Made by a program: the position numbers and the translations under genes. A stretch of DNA of 64,000 nt, taken from positions 1,728,001 to 1,792,000 of the forward strand of contig CAWGLD010000001.1 of the NCBI GenBank assembly GCA_963823335.1. Direction: 5' to 3'. Positions 52,228-62,876 of this stretch are shown piece after piece. A model generated the notes under the pieces. That model saw only the letters and a list, made by a program, of their open reading frames with translations. It was not told the DNA's origin and made no database searches. Numbering within the stretch: position 1 is the first letter of the stretch; every line of letters begins with the position of its first letter. This DNA comes from an uncultured delta proteobacterium. GTDB taxonomy: Bacteria > Desulfobacterota > Desulfobacteria > Desulfobacterales > B30-G6.

Positions 52228-53280
52228 TTATTGTACCTGGACGGTCACGGCGTGTTCTTGGACAGCATTGTTGCAATATCCGAGAACATTCCAGGACGCG
52301 GTATGCGGTTGCTTTTGGCCATGGATGTCGGTTGCCCGGGCAAAAATTGTATAGAGGCCTTTTTCTTTGACCTCCCACAGGTATTCCCAGTGTCTCCAGG
52401 CATAGGGGGTGTCCAGACCGATCAGTTTCGCCGGTTTCCAGGTGTTGCCTTGGTCCAGGGAGATGTCAACTCCCTGGATAGCGGTGTCACCTGCGTAGGC
52501 TGCACCTCTTATGGGGATGATACCGGCTGAGAGCCTTGCTTCATGCAGTGGTTGGGTAATAATGGCCTTGAGACCTATGTTGGTGATGGGTTCTCCGGTT
52601 TTAGGGTCATCTTCTTTCTGAAAAACCCGGTACACATTGTCCATGAAAAACCCTTCGAAAGGCGATGGAAGCAGTGTGATTTTGTGCAGCCATTTAACAC
52701 AATTTGCCCCGGTCCATCCCAGGGCCAGTGCACGCAAAGGGAAGCCGTGTTCTATGGGCAGAGGTTCTCCGTTCATTTCATAGGCCAGAAGCGTCGAGCC
52801 GATGGCTTTGTCGATGGGGATACTTCGAATGAACTTTATTTGTGCCTTGCCTTTGGGAATATCGAATCCTTCAAAACAGACATGCCTGGCATCCTCATGG
52901 AGACCTGCTTCTTCAAGAATTCCCTTGAGCCAAACCCCTCCCCATATTGCGTTGCCGACACCGCCAATGGTCCAAGGATTGCCGGAAGCTTTTTTCTGGA
53001 GAAGGGACCGGCTGTTTCCGGAGCATTCCAGGGTGTTGGCCAGTTCAACTTTTGGCATACCCAGGATATGATCGAATGTCAGATTCAATTCATTGTCAAC
53101 ACGTCCATCCACCACCAGTCTCCAGGCGTCTAAATCGATAGGTGCGTTCGGGATCTGACCCTGGTTACGTTTGAAAAATACATTGTTGTCTGTAATCCAG
53201 GTACGCAGACGTTCGACCGGTGTTTCCGCGTTGAGAGGGTTTTCTGTCATGATACGCATTGTCTTATCCATGATACGCAC
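52228..53280 (-). CDS. Sulfite-oxidase-family molybdopterin oxidoreductase
   Basis: NAETP, LECSGN, LAYEMNGEPLP.EHGFPLR, VKWL. Confidence 0.92.
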   Translation of the reverse strand: MRIMDKTMRIMTENPLNAETPVERLRTWITDNNVFFKRNQGQIPNAPIDLDAWRLVVDGRVDNELNLTFDHILGMPKVELANTLECSGNSRSLLQKKASGNPWTIGGVGNAIWGGVWLKGILEEAGLHEDARHVCFEGFDIPKGKAQIKFIRSIPIDKAIGSTLLAYEMNGEPLPIEHGFPLRALALGWTGANCVKWLHKITLLPSPFEGFFMDNVYRVFQKEDDPKTGEPITNIGLKAIITQPLHEARLSAGIIPIRGAAYAGDTAIQGVDISLDQGNTWKPAKLIGLDTPYAWRHWEYLWEVKEKGLYTIFARATDIHGQKQPHTASWNVLGYCNNAVQEHAVTVQVQ

Positions 53281-53391
53281 CTCATATTATGATCGGCATA
53301 AATTTACGGACGGATATTACATTCATAGTTAGCATACATGGCAATTGAAAGCAAATTAAGCTATAATCTTTGAGCTGCTTACGCTTACAGC

Positions 53392-54630
53392 CTAACACTT
53401 TGAGCTCTTTTCTCCATGCAACACCAGTCCCAGGGCGAAGCCTGCAGAGGCCAGAAAACAGAATCCCATGACGTAGAATACAGTCTGCAGGCCAAACAGA
53501 TCGGCAAGGTGACCGCAAACTGCGGCAGCCGTGGATCCGACCCCGAAGTTGAGAATAAAGAGCGTGCCGTATCCCAGGCCCTGCCGATGTTGGGGCATAT
53601 ATTTTGAAACGATAAAGTTTTGAGCAGGCTGAGCCGCGAATGAAAAAAAAGCATAGCCGACAGATGCCAGCAGCAGAATAAATCCCCTGGAAAAAGACAT
53701 GCCAAAGACAAAAACAGTACCTATGCAGACCGTGCCGAGATATATCTTTTCTGCCGGATAATTGTCGGTAAGGCGACCGGCCACATATTGCCCAAAAGCG
53801 CCAGATACCAGAGCAAGGGATGCAAAGGTGCCGCCCATGGCTACGATGTTCATTTTCAGAAAGCTCAGCTGGATGTTTTGTCCCATGTAGATGGGAAGAA
53901 AGGTCATGATGCCCTTGTAGGACAGTCCCAGGGCGGTGGCTGACAAGAAGAAATATGTCAGGGAGAGGAAGGAACTTTTCCTTTCAGGATCAGTTCGGGG
54001 GCCTGTTTGTGGCGTTCTCACGTCTTGAATCGTTGGATGCCTGGGCAGGGTCAAGGAAAAGAATCCCAGACCGATACCGATCAAACCGAAAAAAACATGC
54101 GGCATCCGCCATCCCAGCAGCGTGCCGATCCAGGCCGACAAAGCCGGCACCACGGCCACCCCGATGCTGCCGGCGATACCATTTATTCCGAAGGCAGTTC
54201 CTTTTTCTTTGACACCCAGGGAGATCAATGTGTTGGCTGCAGGGTGATAGGTGCTGCAGAAGGCACCCATCAGTCCCATGGCGACGCCGTAGAATACCAG
54301 GGAACCGGCCGGCATAACAAGGACACCAGCAGTACCGGCACCAAACAGATAGAGGCTGATAAGGCGTCGGGGTCCTATCTTGTCGGCCAGGATTCCAGCC
54401 GGTAGGGATCCGAGCCCAAAGGCATATGAGAATACGGTAACCAGAATCCCCATGGTAAAATAGTCGGCACCGAACTCAGCCATGACCAACGGCAGGAGGG
54501 GTGGCAGAACACCTTCATACAGATGGACCAGACTGTGGGAGGTGGTTGCGAGGCCCATGATTTTTTTTTCTTCGGGGTTCACGCAAAATCCTTTCCGGCA
54601 CTGATACAAAACAGCCTGTTTTGTATCCAA
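53392..54630 (-). CDS. MFS transporter
   Basis: About 12 TM segments, GILADKIGPRR, YHP. Confidence 0.9.
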   Translation of the reverse strand: MDTKQAVLYQCRKGFCVNPEEKKIMGLATTSHSLVHLYEGVLPPLLPLVMAEFGADYFTMGILVTVFSYAFGLGSLPAGILADKIGPRRLISLYLFGAGTAGVLVMPAGSLVFYGVAMGLMGAFCSTYHPAANTLISLGVKEKGTAFGINGIAGSIGVAVVPALSAWIGTLLGWRMPHVFFGLIGIGLGFFSLTLPRHPTIQDVRTPQTGPRTDPERKSSFLSLTYFFLSATALGLSYKGIMTFLPIYMGQNIQLSFLKMNIVAMGGTFASLALVSGAFGQYVAGRLTDNYPAEKIYLGTVCIGTVFVFGMSFSRGFILLLASVGYAFFSFAAQPAQNFIVSKYMPQHRQGLGYGTLFILNFGVGSTAAAVCGHLADLFGLQTVFYVMGFCFLASAGFALGLVLHGEKSSKC

Positions 54631-54798
54631 AAACCGGGTGTTATGGCAATTCGACGCATGAGCTTATACGGGCATACTCGAAGAATCAACCTAAAACGTG
54701 ACAAGCAGAACCGCAACAGCGAACGCTAACCCTGCGGGTTCTGCCGTTCGGCAGTGCTTCGCATGCTGTGAGGGTGTTCAATAAACGTATCAAAAGTT

Positions 54799-55901
<1,103 letters not shown>

Positions 55902-55989
55902 CTATTACGTCTTAAAACAAGTCTGGTTCATTAGAACTTGGAATTTTTCGATTTCATGTCATTCACCGCGAATCAGGACCAGGAGCATC

Positions 55990-56041
55990 TTGAACCGAAA
56001 AAGCGAGCGTATTCCCCGTAGCTTGCTGCGAGGTTCTTCAA
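55990..56041 (+). repeat. 52-bp copy of TTGAACCG..TTCAA element
   Basis: Near-identical to both ends of 36966-37084 with the middle removed. Confidence 0.85.
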
Positions 56042-56189
56042 TCGCTCTTTGGCATGCAGGGCATGGGTAATGTTGGCCGGCATGGCTTGCCAGGTTGAAG
56101 GGAACGCCCTTCTGGGTATCTGTATTTTCGCTCATGATGGTCTCTTTTTATTGTTCTACAAACCGCGTGCCAAGCACACGGTTCCGTAC

Positions 56190-56247
56190 TTGAACTGCGG
56201 GATCAACACAGAGATTGGGCCAAAAGACATTTTTGAGATGACTTCTA
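56190..56247. mobile_element. Right-end fragment of the 146-bp MITE
   Basis: CAACACAGAGATTGGGCCAAAAGACATTTTTGAGATGACTTCTA. Confidence 0.7.
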
Positions 56248-56447
56248 ATAAATAGCAGTTTTAATGCTGAACCGCAACATTGAACACATTTCCAATTGCC
56301 TGCTGTGGGGAATCTTCAATCTCGAAAATTGTCACAGGAAAGTTTGGGATGAATATGAGATAATCCTGCCGGGTTTTCTCTGAAAAGGAGGGATTCATAT
56401 TTTGGTGTTGACAAAGGGCAAGGTTTTTCAGTAATGCTTGGGTCATC

Positions 56448-56585
56448 ATGCAAACATCTCTCATGGATAATAAGGAACGGCGCTCCGAAGGCGATAGACG
56501 CCAGTTCTCCTATGCATTTCACATACCGGAACGGAGAACCGGCGAGGAACGTCGCAACAGCGCCGACCATCAGGAATCCAGATAG
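56448..56585 (+). CDS. 45-aa Arg-rich repeat microprotein, not in ORF track
   Basis: MQTSLMDNKERRSEGDRRQFSYAFHIPERRTGEERRNSADHQESR; TTGACA at 56408 upstream. Confidence 0.75.
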   Translation: MQTSLMDNKERRSEGDRRQFSYAFHIPERRTGEERRNSADHQESR

Positions 56586-56762
56586 CGCCAACGTGCGCGG
56601 TCTTTCGGTGAACCTCCGATCAAGTCTACAGCTTTTTTATCAGTCCCACGTACTCACCGCTCTGTTTTTTTCAAGGAAAAGCCATTGAAATCGTTTGCAG
56701 TTCTGTGTTAAATAAACCCACGCATACTTCAAATTTCGAATGGCCCAACCAGTCTAATCAAA

Positions 56763-57680
56763 ATGATGACGATAAAATCGATTGATGCGAAGAAGTATTA
56801 CGGGATGGACATCGGTACCGCCACGGTTTTGAAGGAGCTTGGCCGAGGGAGTATGGCCGTGGTGTTCGAGGGATATCAGCGGACCCTGAAACGTAAGATC
56901 GCCGTGAAAATTTTACCCAAGGCACTCATGACACAGACTGCCGCCGAAAGGTTTCAACAGGAAGCCGAAGCAGCGGCCATACTTTCACACCCCAATATTA
57001 TCCCGATCTACGAAGTGGGGGAAACCGACGAGTTTCTCTTCATGAGCATGCAGCTGGTCCAGGGAAAAGACCTGCAGGTTTATATCAACAAATCCAAGAA
57101 AAATGTAATCCCGTCCAAAAGAGTGTTACCTTTGGTACCAACGTTCAATGTGGTTATCCATATCCTGGAAGCCCTTGGCTACGCGCACGGGCAGGGGATT
57201 GTTCACCGTGACATCAAACCACCCAATATCCTGATCGAGGCGCATACACGGCGACCGCTGATTTCAGATTTTGGAACAGCCAGGTTTGTCAGGGGAGATG
57301 CGCTGGGAAAGGAACTTATTCTGGGTACCCCGCTCTACATGGCGCCCGAGCAGATCGCCACGACAGAAGTGGACGGACGGGCAGATATTTATGCCGTGGG
57401 GGTGATGCTGTTTCAAATGGTCGTGGAAACACTGCCCTTCGTGCGCTATCCCTCGATGATGGCACTCATGTCTCACAAACAGAAAGATCCCAGGGGTATT
57501 TTTCTGAAAAAGCCATCACAACTCAATTTCCATCTACACGAAAGTCTGGACCGGATTATCGGCAAGGCCATGGCATATGATCCGGACAAGCGTTTTTCCA
57601 CCTGTTCCGAACTTGTTCAGGCCCTGAAGTGGTACCGCAAGAACCATCTTCATCAACGCAATCGTGAAGGAATCGAATGA
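56763..57680 (+). CDS. Stand-alone Hanks-type Ser/Thr kinase
   Basis: LGRGSMAVV, AVK, HRDIKPPN, DFG, GTPLYMAPE; no TM segment. Confidence 0.93.
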   Translation: MMTIKSIDAKKYYGMDIGTATVLKELGRGSMAVVFEGYQRTLKRKIAVKILPKALMTQTAAERFQQEAEAAAILSHPNIIPIYEVGETDEFLFMSMQLVQGKDLQVYINKSKKNVIPSKRVLPLVPTFNVVIHILEALGYAHGQGIVHRDIKPPNILIEAHTRRPLISDFGTARFVRGDALGKELILGTPLYMAPEQIATTEVDGRADIYAVGVMLFQMVVETLPFVRYPSMMALMSHKQKDPRGIFLKKPSQLNFHLHESLDRIIGKAMAYDPDKRFSTCSELVQALKWYRKNHLHQRNREGIE

Positions 57681-59839
57681 TGGATAAAGCAAGCCTCCAA
57701 AAACAGCTTTCAGATACCATCGGCAGAAATGTCAATTTGGTGTTTAATCAGATTTCCATGTATAATGTTTACCACAAGTCGGTTATCGGATCGTTGGAAC
57801 GGGTCTACGAATCGTTTCTGGAGGGGTTCAAGATTTTACCCACCATTGCCCTGTCACTTCACCAGAACCAGTTGTTTGTTGAAGACGAGGCCCTTGATTC
57901 CCGCATCAACACCAACCGGCTGACAGCCCATTTCAAGAAAGCCGACATTCAGTCCCTGGCCTTTGAGACCGGCCTCACCTTGGCGGACTTGACTCAGTTC
58001 CTGGAGATTCTGACAGATCTCAATCGATATCCCAACGCGGACGCCATGAAAGAGGCCTTGCAGGAAAAGGGTTTGGATAACATTCTGATTAACTATTTTG
58101 TTTACCAGAAGATTAAAAACGATGAGCAGGTGGTTAAAAGCAGCCAGGTTGCAGGGGAGGGGGAGGGAGGTCCGACCACGGAAGACCTCCTGGCTATTAT
58201 GGCTGCCGATATCCTTTCGGAAGAGGCTCAGAAGAACATTTCGGTTCAAAACCTGATGCAGGGACCGGCCGAGTTTTCCCGGATGCTCATCGAAGAAGAC
58301 CTGGCAGCGGCTAGGAAAATTGAAGACGGGAGCGTTCAGCCTGGTACCGCCCTGGTGCAAAGCCTCAACCGTTTTCACAAGGAAGTTAACGGGGTTATAG
58401 CAAGCAAGACCGATGTCAACATCACCGAGCTCGCAGAAGACATTTTTAACCTGAAACGCCAGCTGATCCAGGGTATCGAGGCACAAAAGGCCCAGGGCGT
58501 TGTTTATCTCGACCAGCACATTATCGATCGTGAGGTGGACGAGGTCGCGGACAATGTGCTGATCCGACTGATTACCGATGAGTACAACCAGGGGGCGGTA
58601 TCCATCAAGCGCCTGGCACAGATTGTCCTGCGGATGACGACGGATACGGCAGAACTGCAGCGGATCATACCGAAACTCAAGCGGACGCTTCTGGGTGCCG
58701 GAATGCCCATGGCGGACTACCTGCAATTCGTTCAGGAATTAAAAGAGGAACTTCAGAGCGACGAACTGACGCGTGTTTTCGAACAAAGCGCCGAGGCCAT
58801 TGGTCTGGAAGGGGAGGACCTGATTCAGGAAATCCTAAAGAACCCCCAAGGGACTGCAGAGCTCATCTACCTCGCAGCCGAGATACGCAAGAGCGGTCAG
58901 GACGATCGTATTCTGTCCGATCTCCTGGTGGACTATGTCGAACGAGCCGGTACCGAGCTCTCCCTGGAAGCCATCAAAGAGACCGGTGATGCTGCCGGGG
59001 GTAAGGTCAACAGCATTTTTTCACGAATTCGGACAGAACTGGTTGACAAACTCAAGCGTAAGGATATTGACCTCGATGTTTTGAAAAAAATGGAAGAGCG
59101 CTTGAACGAACGGATGGAGGACAGCATCCGTCATCTTAAGTCCAGCATGGTTTTCAACCAGATGCGCTCGGAAGATGCCCGTCCGCCGACAAAAGCGGAC
59201 ATGTTGAAACTGCTAAAAACCCATGCAAAGGACGACGACGAATTAGCGGCGATCGTTCTGCAGGTCAAGGAAACGCTGGCGGAACGAGGTGTCCATGAGG
59301 GTATGTTTCAGGAAATCTATGATGAGATCATGACCAAACCGGTTAAAGAGGAGAAGGAAAAGTCAAAACTCACCCCACCAGGCAGTCTAAACCGGGGGAG
59401 TACTCTCTTTGTGCTGGAAAAGGAGGTTCTAAGGGCCAATCGTTACAATACCCCCTTTTCGATGCTCTCCTTTACGGTGGTAAAGGCGGTCCCAAAAGAA
59501 CTTGCGAAGCCAGGCAGTGTCACACCGGAAGACATTATCGCAGCGTTTATCGGTGTCCTGACGAATATCGTCAGGGAGACCGATCTCGTGGGGCTGCTGG
59601 GGCCCAAAATGGTGGTCGTGATTCAACCCATGACCCCAGGTGACAATGCCAAGATTGCCCTGGAGAGAATTTCAATTTTATTGAAATCCAACGAGATGAT
59701 GGTAAACGAAATCCCGTTTAATATCACCTTTGCGGCAATCGTGACCCCCTTTGATGCAGAAGAGACGGTTGATCTGAAAACGTTTGTAAAGGTGGCTCAG
59801 ACCGATCTGAAAAATCTGGCCGAGCGGACATCTATATAA
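57677..59839 (+). CDS. Large helical protein with C-terminal degenerate GGDEF-like domain
   Basis: LEKEVLRANRYNTPFSML, VRETD-LVGLL-GPKMV; ATGA overlap with the kinase. Confidence 0.75.
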   Translation: MMDKASLQKQLSDTIGRNVNLVFNQISMYNVYHKSVIGSLERVYESFLEGFKILPTIALSLHQNQLFVEDEALDSRINTNRLTAHFKKADIQSLAFETGLTLADLTQFLEILTDLNRYPNADAMKEALQEKGLDNILINYFVYQKIKNDEQVVKSSQVAGEGEGGPTTEDLLAIMAADILSEEAQKNISVQNLMQGPAEFSRMLIEEDLAAARKIEDGSVQPGTALVQSLNRFHKEVNGVIASKTDVNITELAEDIFNLKRQLIQGIEAQKAQGVVYLDQHIIDREVDEVADNVLIRLITDEYNQGAVSIKRLAQIVLRMTTDTAELQRIIPKLKRTLLGAGMPMADYLQFVQELKEELQSDELTRVFEQSAEAIGLEGEDLIQEILKNPQGTAELIYLAAEIRKSGQDDRILSDLLVDYVERAGTELSLEAIKETGDAAGGKVNSIFSRIRTELVDKLKRKDIDLDVLKKMEERLNERMEDSIRHLKSSMVFNQMRSEDARPPTKADMLKLLKTHAKDDDELAAIVLQVKETLAERGVHEGMFQEIYDEIMTKPVKEEKEKSKLTPPGSLNRGSTLFVLEKEVLRANRYNTPFSMLSFTVVKAVPKELAKPGSVTPEDIIAAFIGVLTNIVRETDLVGLLGPKMVVVIQPMTPGDNAKIALERISILLKSNEMMVNEIPFNITFAAIVTPFDAEETVDLKTFVKVAQTDLKNLAERTSI

Positions 59840-60055
59840 CATCGCACAGCGATGTTATTCCTGGTTTTTCTTGACATTACCAAGCAATACCCATAATTAC
59901 AGAAGACACATCATCTGAGCACAATGTTGACCTGTTTTGCTTATTTCTGCAGTAACCGGATACATGACAGGAGCTCCAAAAAATAGATTTCCTCTTTCTA
60001 TATCAATATTCGTTAATCAGCCAACATGCGAAAATAACCAAAAAGGAGGCAACCG

Positions 60056-61798
60056 ATGGACAAGATTTTACGCGTGAAAATGGGAAAGCAAGGAGGCCCC
60101 CAGGTCGTCGTTGAACCACTGGGCGATTACGCCGGATTGGGCGGTCGGGCCATGACGTCGACGGTCGTGGCAAAGGAAGTGCCACCATTATGCCATCCCC
60201 TGGGAGTCGATAACAAACTCGTGATTGCACCCGGAATGCTCAGCGGTTCTGCAGCAGCCATGTCCGGTCGTCTTTCCGTGGGGTGTAAAAGCCCGCTGAC
60301 TGGTGGTATAAAGGAGGCCAACTCGGGTGGTCAGCCGTCACAGATGCTGGCAAGACTCGGGTATGCTGCCATTATTATAGAGGGACGACCCGCAGACGAT
60401 ACGCTTTATAGAATGCTTATCAACAAAGATGGCGCAAAAATAGAGGCGGACAATAGCCTTAAAATGCTTGGCAACTACGATCTGGTTGCAAAAATGAAGG
60501 CCGCATACGGTGACAAGGTTGCCTGTATCAGCATCGGACCGGCCGGGGAGATGAAGATGTCGGCTGCGTCCATCGCCTTTACGGATATGGAACAGCGTCC
60601 GACCCGGCATGCCGGCCGGGGGGGCGTCGGCGCGGTCATGGGGTCCAAGGGACTCAAGGTGATCGTCGTTGACGACGAAGGCACAGCCAGACGTGAAGCC
60701 GCAGACCCCGATAAGTTCAAGGAAGCCAACAAGGCCTTTGTCGCCGGTTTGAAAAAACACCCGGTAACAGGGGAAGGCCTGCCGGCCTATGGCACCAATG
60801 TCCTGACCAACGTCATCAACGAAGCCGGTGGATATCCCACCAACAATTTTACCACAGGTCAGTTTGCCGGTGCATCCAAGATCAGTGGTGAGGCACAGGC
60901 GGAACTGGAAAACAGCAGAGGCGGCGAAGGCTCTGCCACCCATGGATGCCACCGGGGATGCGTCATTCGCTGTTCCGGTACCTTTTACGGCAAGAACGGC
61001 AATTTCCTGACCAAGCAGCCCGAGTATGAAACCGTCTGGGCCCATGGCGGCAATTGCGGCATCGATGATCTGGATGCCATTGCCGAAATGGACCGTATGG
61101 ATGACGATTTCGGGCTGGACACCATCGAAATGGGCGCCACCATCGGGGTTGCCATGGAAGGGGGTGTTGCCAAATTCGGTGATGCCGCGGCTGCCATCAG
61201 TCTCCTCAAGGAAGTCGGCCAGGGCACGCCTCTGGGGAGAATCCTGGGCAACGGTGCTTCCGTGACCGGCCAGGTTTTCGGTGTGGAGCGGGTTCCGGTG
61301 GTCAAGCGGCAGGCCATGCCCGCCTATGATCCCAGGGCCGTTCAGGGAATCGGTGTCACCTATGCCACAACCACCATGGGCGCCGACCATACTGCCGGTT
61401 ACTCTGTCACGGCAAACGTGCTGGGTGTGGGCGGGACTGTGGACGCCACCAAACCCGAAGGCCAGGTGGAGCTTTCCCGGAATCTTCAAATCGCCACGGC
61501 AGCCATCGATGCAACGGGCATGTGCCTGTTCATTGCTTTTGCCATCCTGGACCAGGCCGAAACGTTTCAGGCGCTCCTGGATGTGATCAGCGGATTCAGT
61601 GGACAGCCCTGTAGCGCGGACGATGTTTCGGATCTGGGTAAGTCGATTCTGAAAAAAGAGCGGGCGTTCAATGCCGCTGCCGGGTTTACATCCAAAGATG
61701 ACCGGCTGCCCGCCTTCTTCAAAACAGAATCCATCGCGCCACACAATGTGACCTTCGGCGTAAGCGATGAAGAGCTGGACAGCGTGTTCAACTTCTAA
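60056..61798 (+). CDS. aor: Aldehyde:ferredoxin oxidoreductase (tungsten AOR family)
   Basis: KSPLTGGIKEANSGG, IGPAGE, GRGGVGAVMGSK, CHRGCVIRC, EYET, DDFGLDTI. Confidence 0.93.
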   Translation: MDKILRVKMGKQGGPQVVVEPLGDYAGLGGRAMTSTVVAKEVPPLCHPLGVDNKLVIAPGMLSGSAAAMSGRLSVGCKSPLTGGIKEANSGGQPSQMLARLGYAAIIIEGRPADDTLYRMLINKDGAKIEADNSLKMLGNYDLVAKMKAAYGDKVACISIGPAGEMKMSAASIAFTDMEQRPTRHAGRGGVGAVMGSKGLKVIVVDDEGTARREAADPDKFKEANKAFVAGLKKHPVTGEGLPAYGTNVLTNVINEAGGYPTNNFTTGQFAGASKISGEAQAELENSRGGEGSATHGCHRGCVIRCSGTFYGKNGNFLTKQPEYETVWAHGGNCGIDDLDAIAEMDRMDDDFGLDTIEMGATIGVAMEGGVAKFGDAAAAISLLKEVGQGTPLGRILGNGASVTGQVFGVERVPVVKRQAMPAYDPRAVQGIGVTYATTTMGADHTAGYSVTANVLGVGGTVDATKPEGQVELSRNLQIATAAIDATGMCLFIAFAILDQAETFQALLDVISGFSGQPCSADDVSDLGKSILKKERAFNAAAGFTSKDDRLPAFFKTESIAPHNVTFGVSDEELDSVFNF

Positions 61799-61829
61799 TA
61801 CCCGCTGATGAAGTGTGTGTGAAAATACG

Positions 61830-61860
61830 AAAAGGGGAGACGCAGATCGTCTCCCCTTTT
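61830..61860 (+). terminator. Intrinsic terminator after aor
   Basis: AAAAGGGGAGACG-CAGAT-CGTCTCCCCTTTT. Confidence 0.8.
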
Positions 61861-61912
61861 AACTGTGGTTTTGCGGATCAAAAATCGGATCCCTGCCAAA
61901 AGGATGTTTCCC

Positions 61913-62569
61913 ATGAAATCAAATCAGGAGAATGCTTCCGGTGACATGCCCCAACCTGGTCTGGTCCTGATCCTTAACGTCGATGACGATTCTAAATTCG
62001 TAAGCCTGCTCAATGGGGGGTTCATGATCAAGGCCCGGATGGGGGAATCGGTGCAGGCACTCCTTTGTGATCGACTTGGTCTGGACAAATCTTATTTCGA
62101 TGAACGGATTCAAACACTTTTTCTGAACAGCAAGCCTGTGGATGACCCTGCAACGGCAGCTGTCAAAAACAACGCCGTTCTGGCGCTTTCGGCTGCCATG
62201 CCGGGTCTTGTGGGAGCGACCTTCAGGAAAGGGGGCAAGTACCGCTGGATGCGCGGCAGTATTTCCCACCCCGATGACGGTGAGATGACCACCGGAAAGA
62301 CCGGCTGGGTAACGGTGAAGCTTTTCAACCTGATCCTGAAGGAGCTGGGGCCTTTTTTTCTGGAAGCGGGCATCTGGTTAAAGGGAGATACGATTCAGGC
62401 CTTTTTCGCGGAGCGGGCCGGCAGTCTGGCTGACGTGATCCAGTCCGCCTTATGGAACGGCCGGGAAATTATCCCGTCCGCCATTTTGGAAATCGAGTGG
62501 CCTGATGCACCCATATTCATTAAGATTGTTAACTCAACTTTCAGGATTCAGCGACCGCAAAATGAATAA
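61913..62569 (+). CDS. Hypothetical protein with a possible MoaD/ThiS-like segment
   Basis: IQTLFLNSKPVDD...V.NNAVLALSAAMPG. Confidence 0.65.
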   Translation: MKSNQENASGDMPQPGLVLILNVDDDSKFVSLLNGGFMIKARMGESVQALLCDRLGLDKSYFDERIQTLFLNSKPVDDPATAAVKNNAVLALSAAMPGLVGATFRKGGKYRWMRGSISHPDDGEMTTGKTGWVTVKLFNLILKELGPFFLEAGIWLKGDTIQAFFAERAGSLADVIQSALWNGREIIPSAILEIEWPDAPIFIKIVNSTFRIQRPQNE

Positions 62570-62794
62570 TCCCCTGGCGCTTTGCGAACTCGCCGCAAGG
62601 GCTCCTAACATCAGCGCCGGCCATATAATTAAGCAGGAATTCTTACTAAATGACCATGTTTTCATATTGGATTGTTCATTATCATGCGCTGATGTAAGGT
62701 GCCCTAATTGGCTCAAACAGCGCAAATCGCCATTGGATCACCCATTTCGCTCTATCTATGGTGAAAACCGAAAGTTGAGTTGTTAACCCGAAAT

Positions 62795-62825
62795 AAAAAA
62801 GGTTGCCGAGAAGGCAACCTTTTTT
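62795..62825. terminator. Bidirectional terminator
   Basis: AAAAAAGGTTGCC-GAGAA-GGCAACCTTTTTT. Confidence 0.8.
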
Positions 62826-62832
62826 ATTAAAA

Positions 62833-62876
62833 AGCGGCAACGCCGCGTCTCATAAAATTTCGGCACGAAATTTTAT
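62833..62876 (-). repeat. Double-hairpin repeat at thiolase stop
   Basis: Minus strand ATAAAATTTCG-TGC-CGAAATTTTAT-GAGAC-GCGGC-GTT-GCCGCT. Confidence 0.75.

Noticed and set aside
60338-61744. 468-aa antisense ORF (and similar long shadow ORFs)
   Set aside because: Lies opposite the well-supported aor gene; expected by-product of codon bias.
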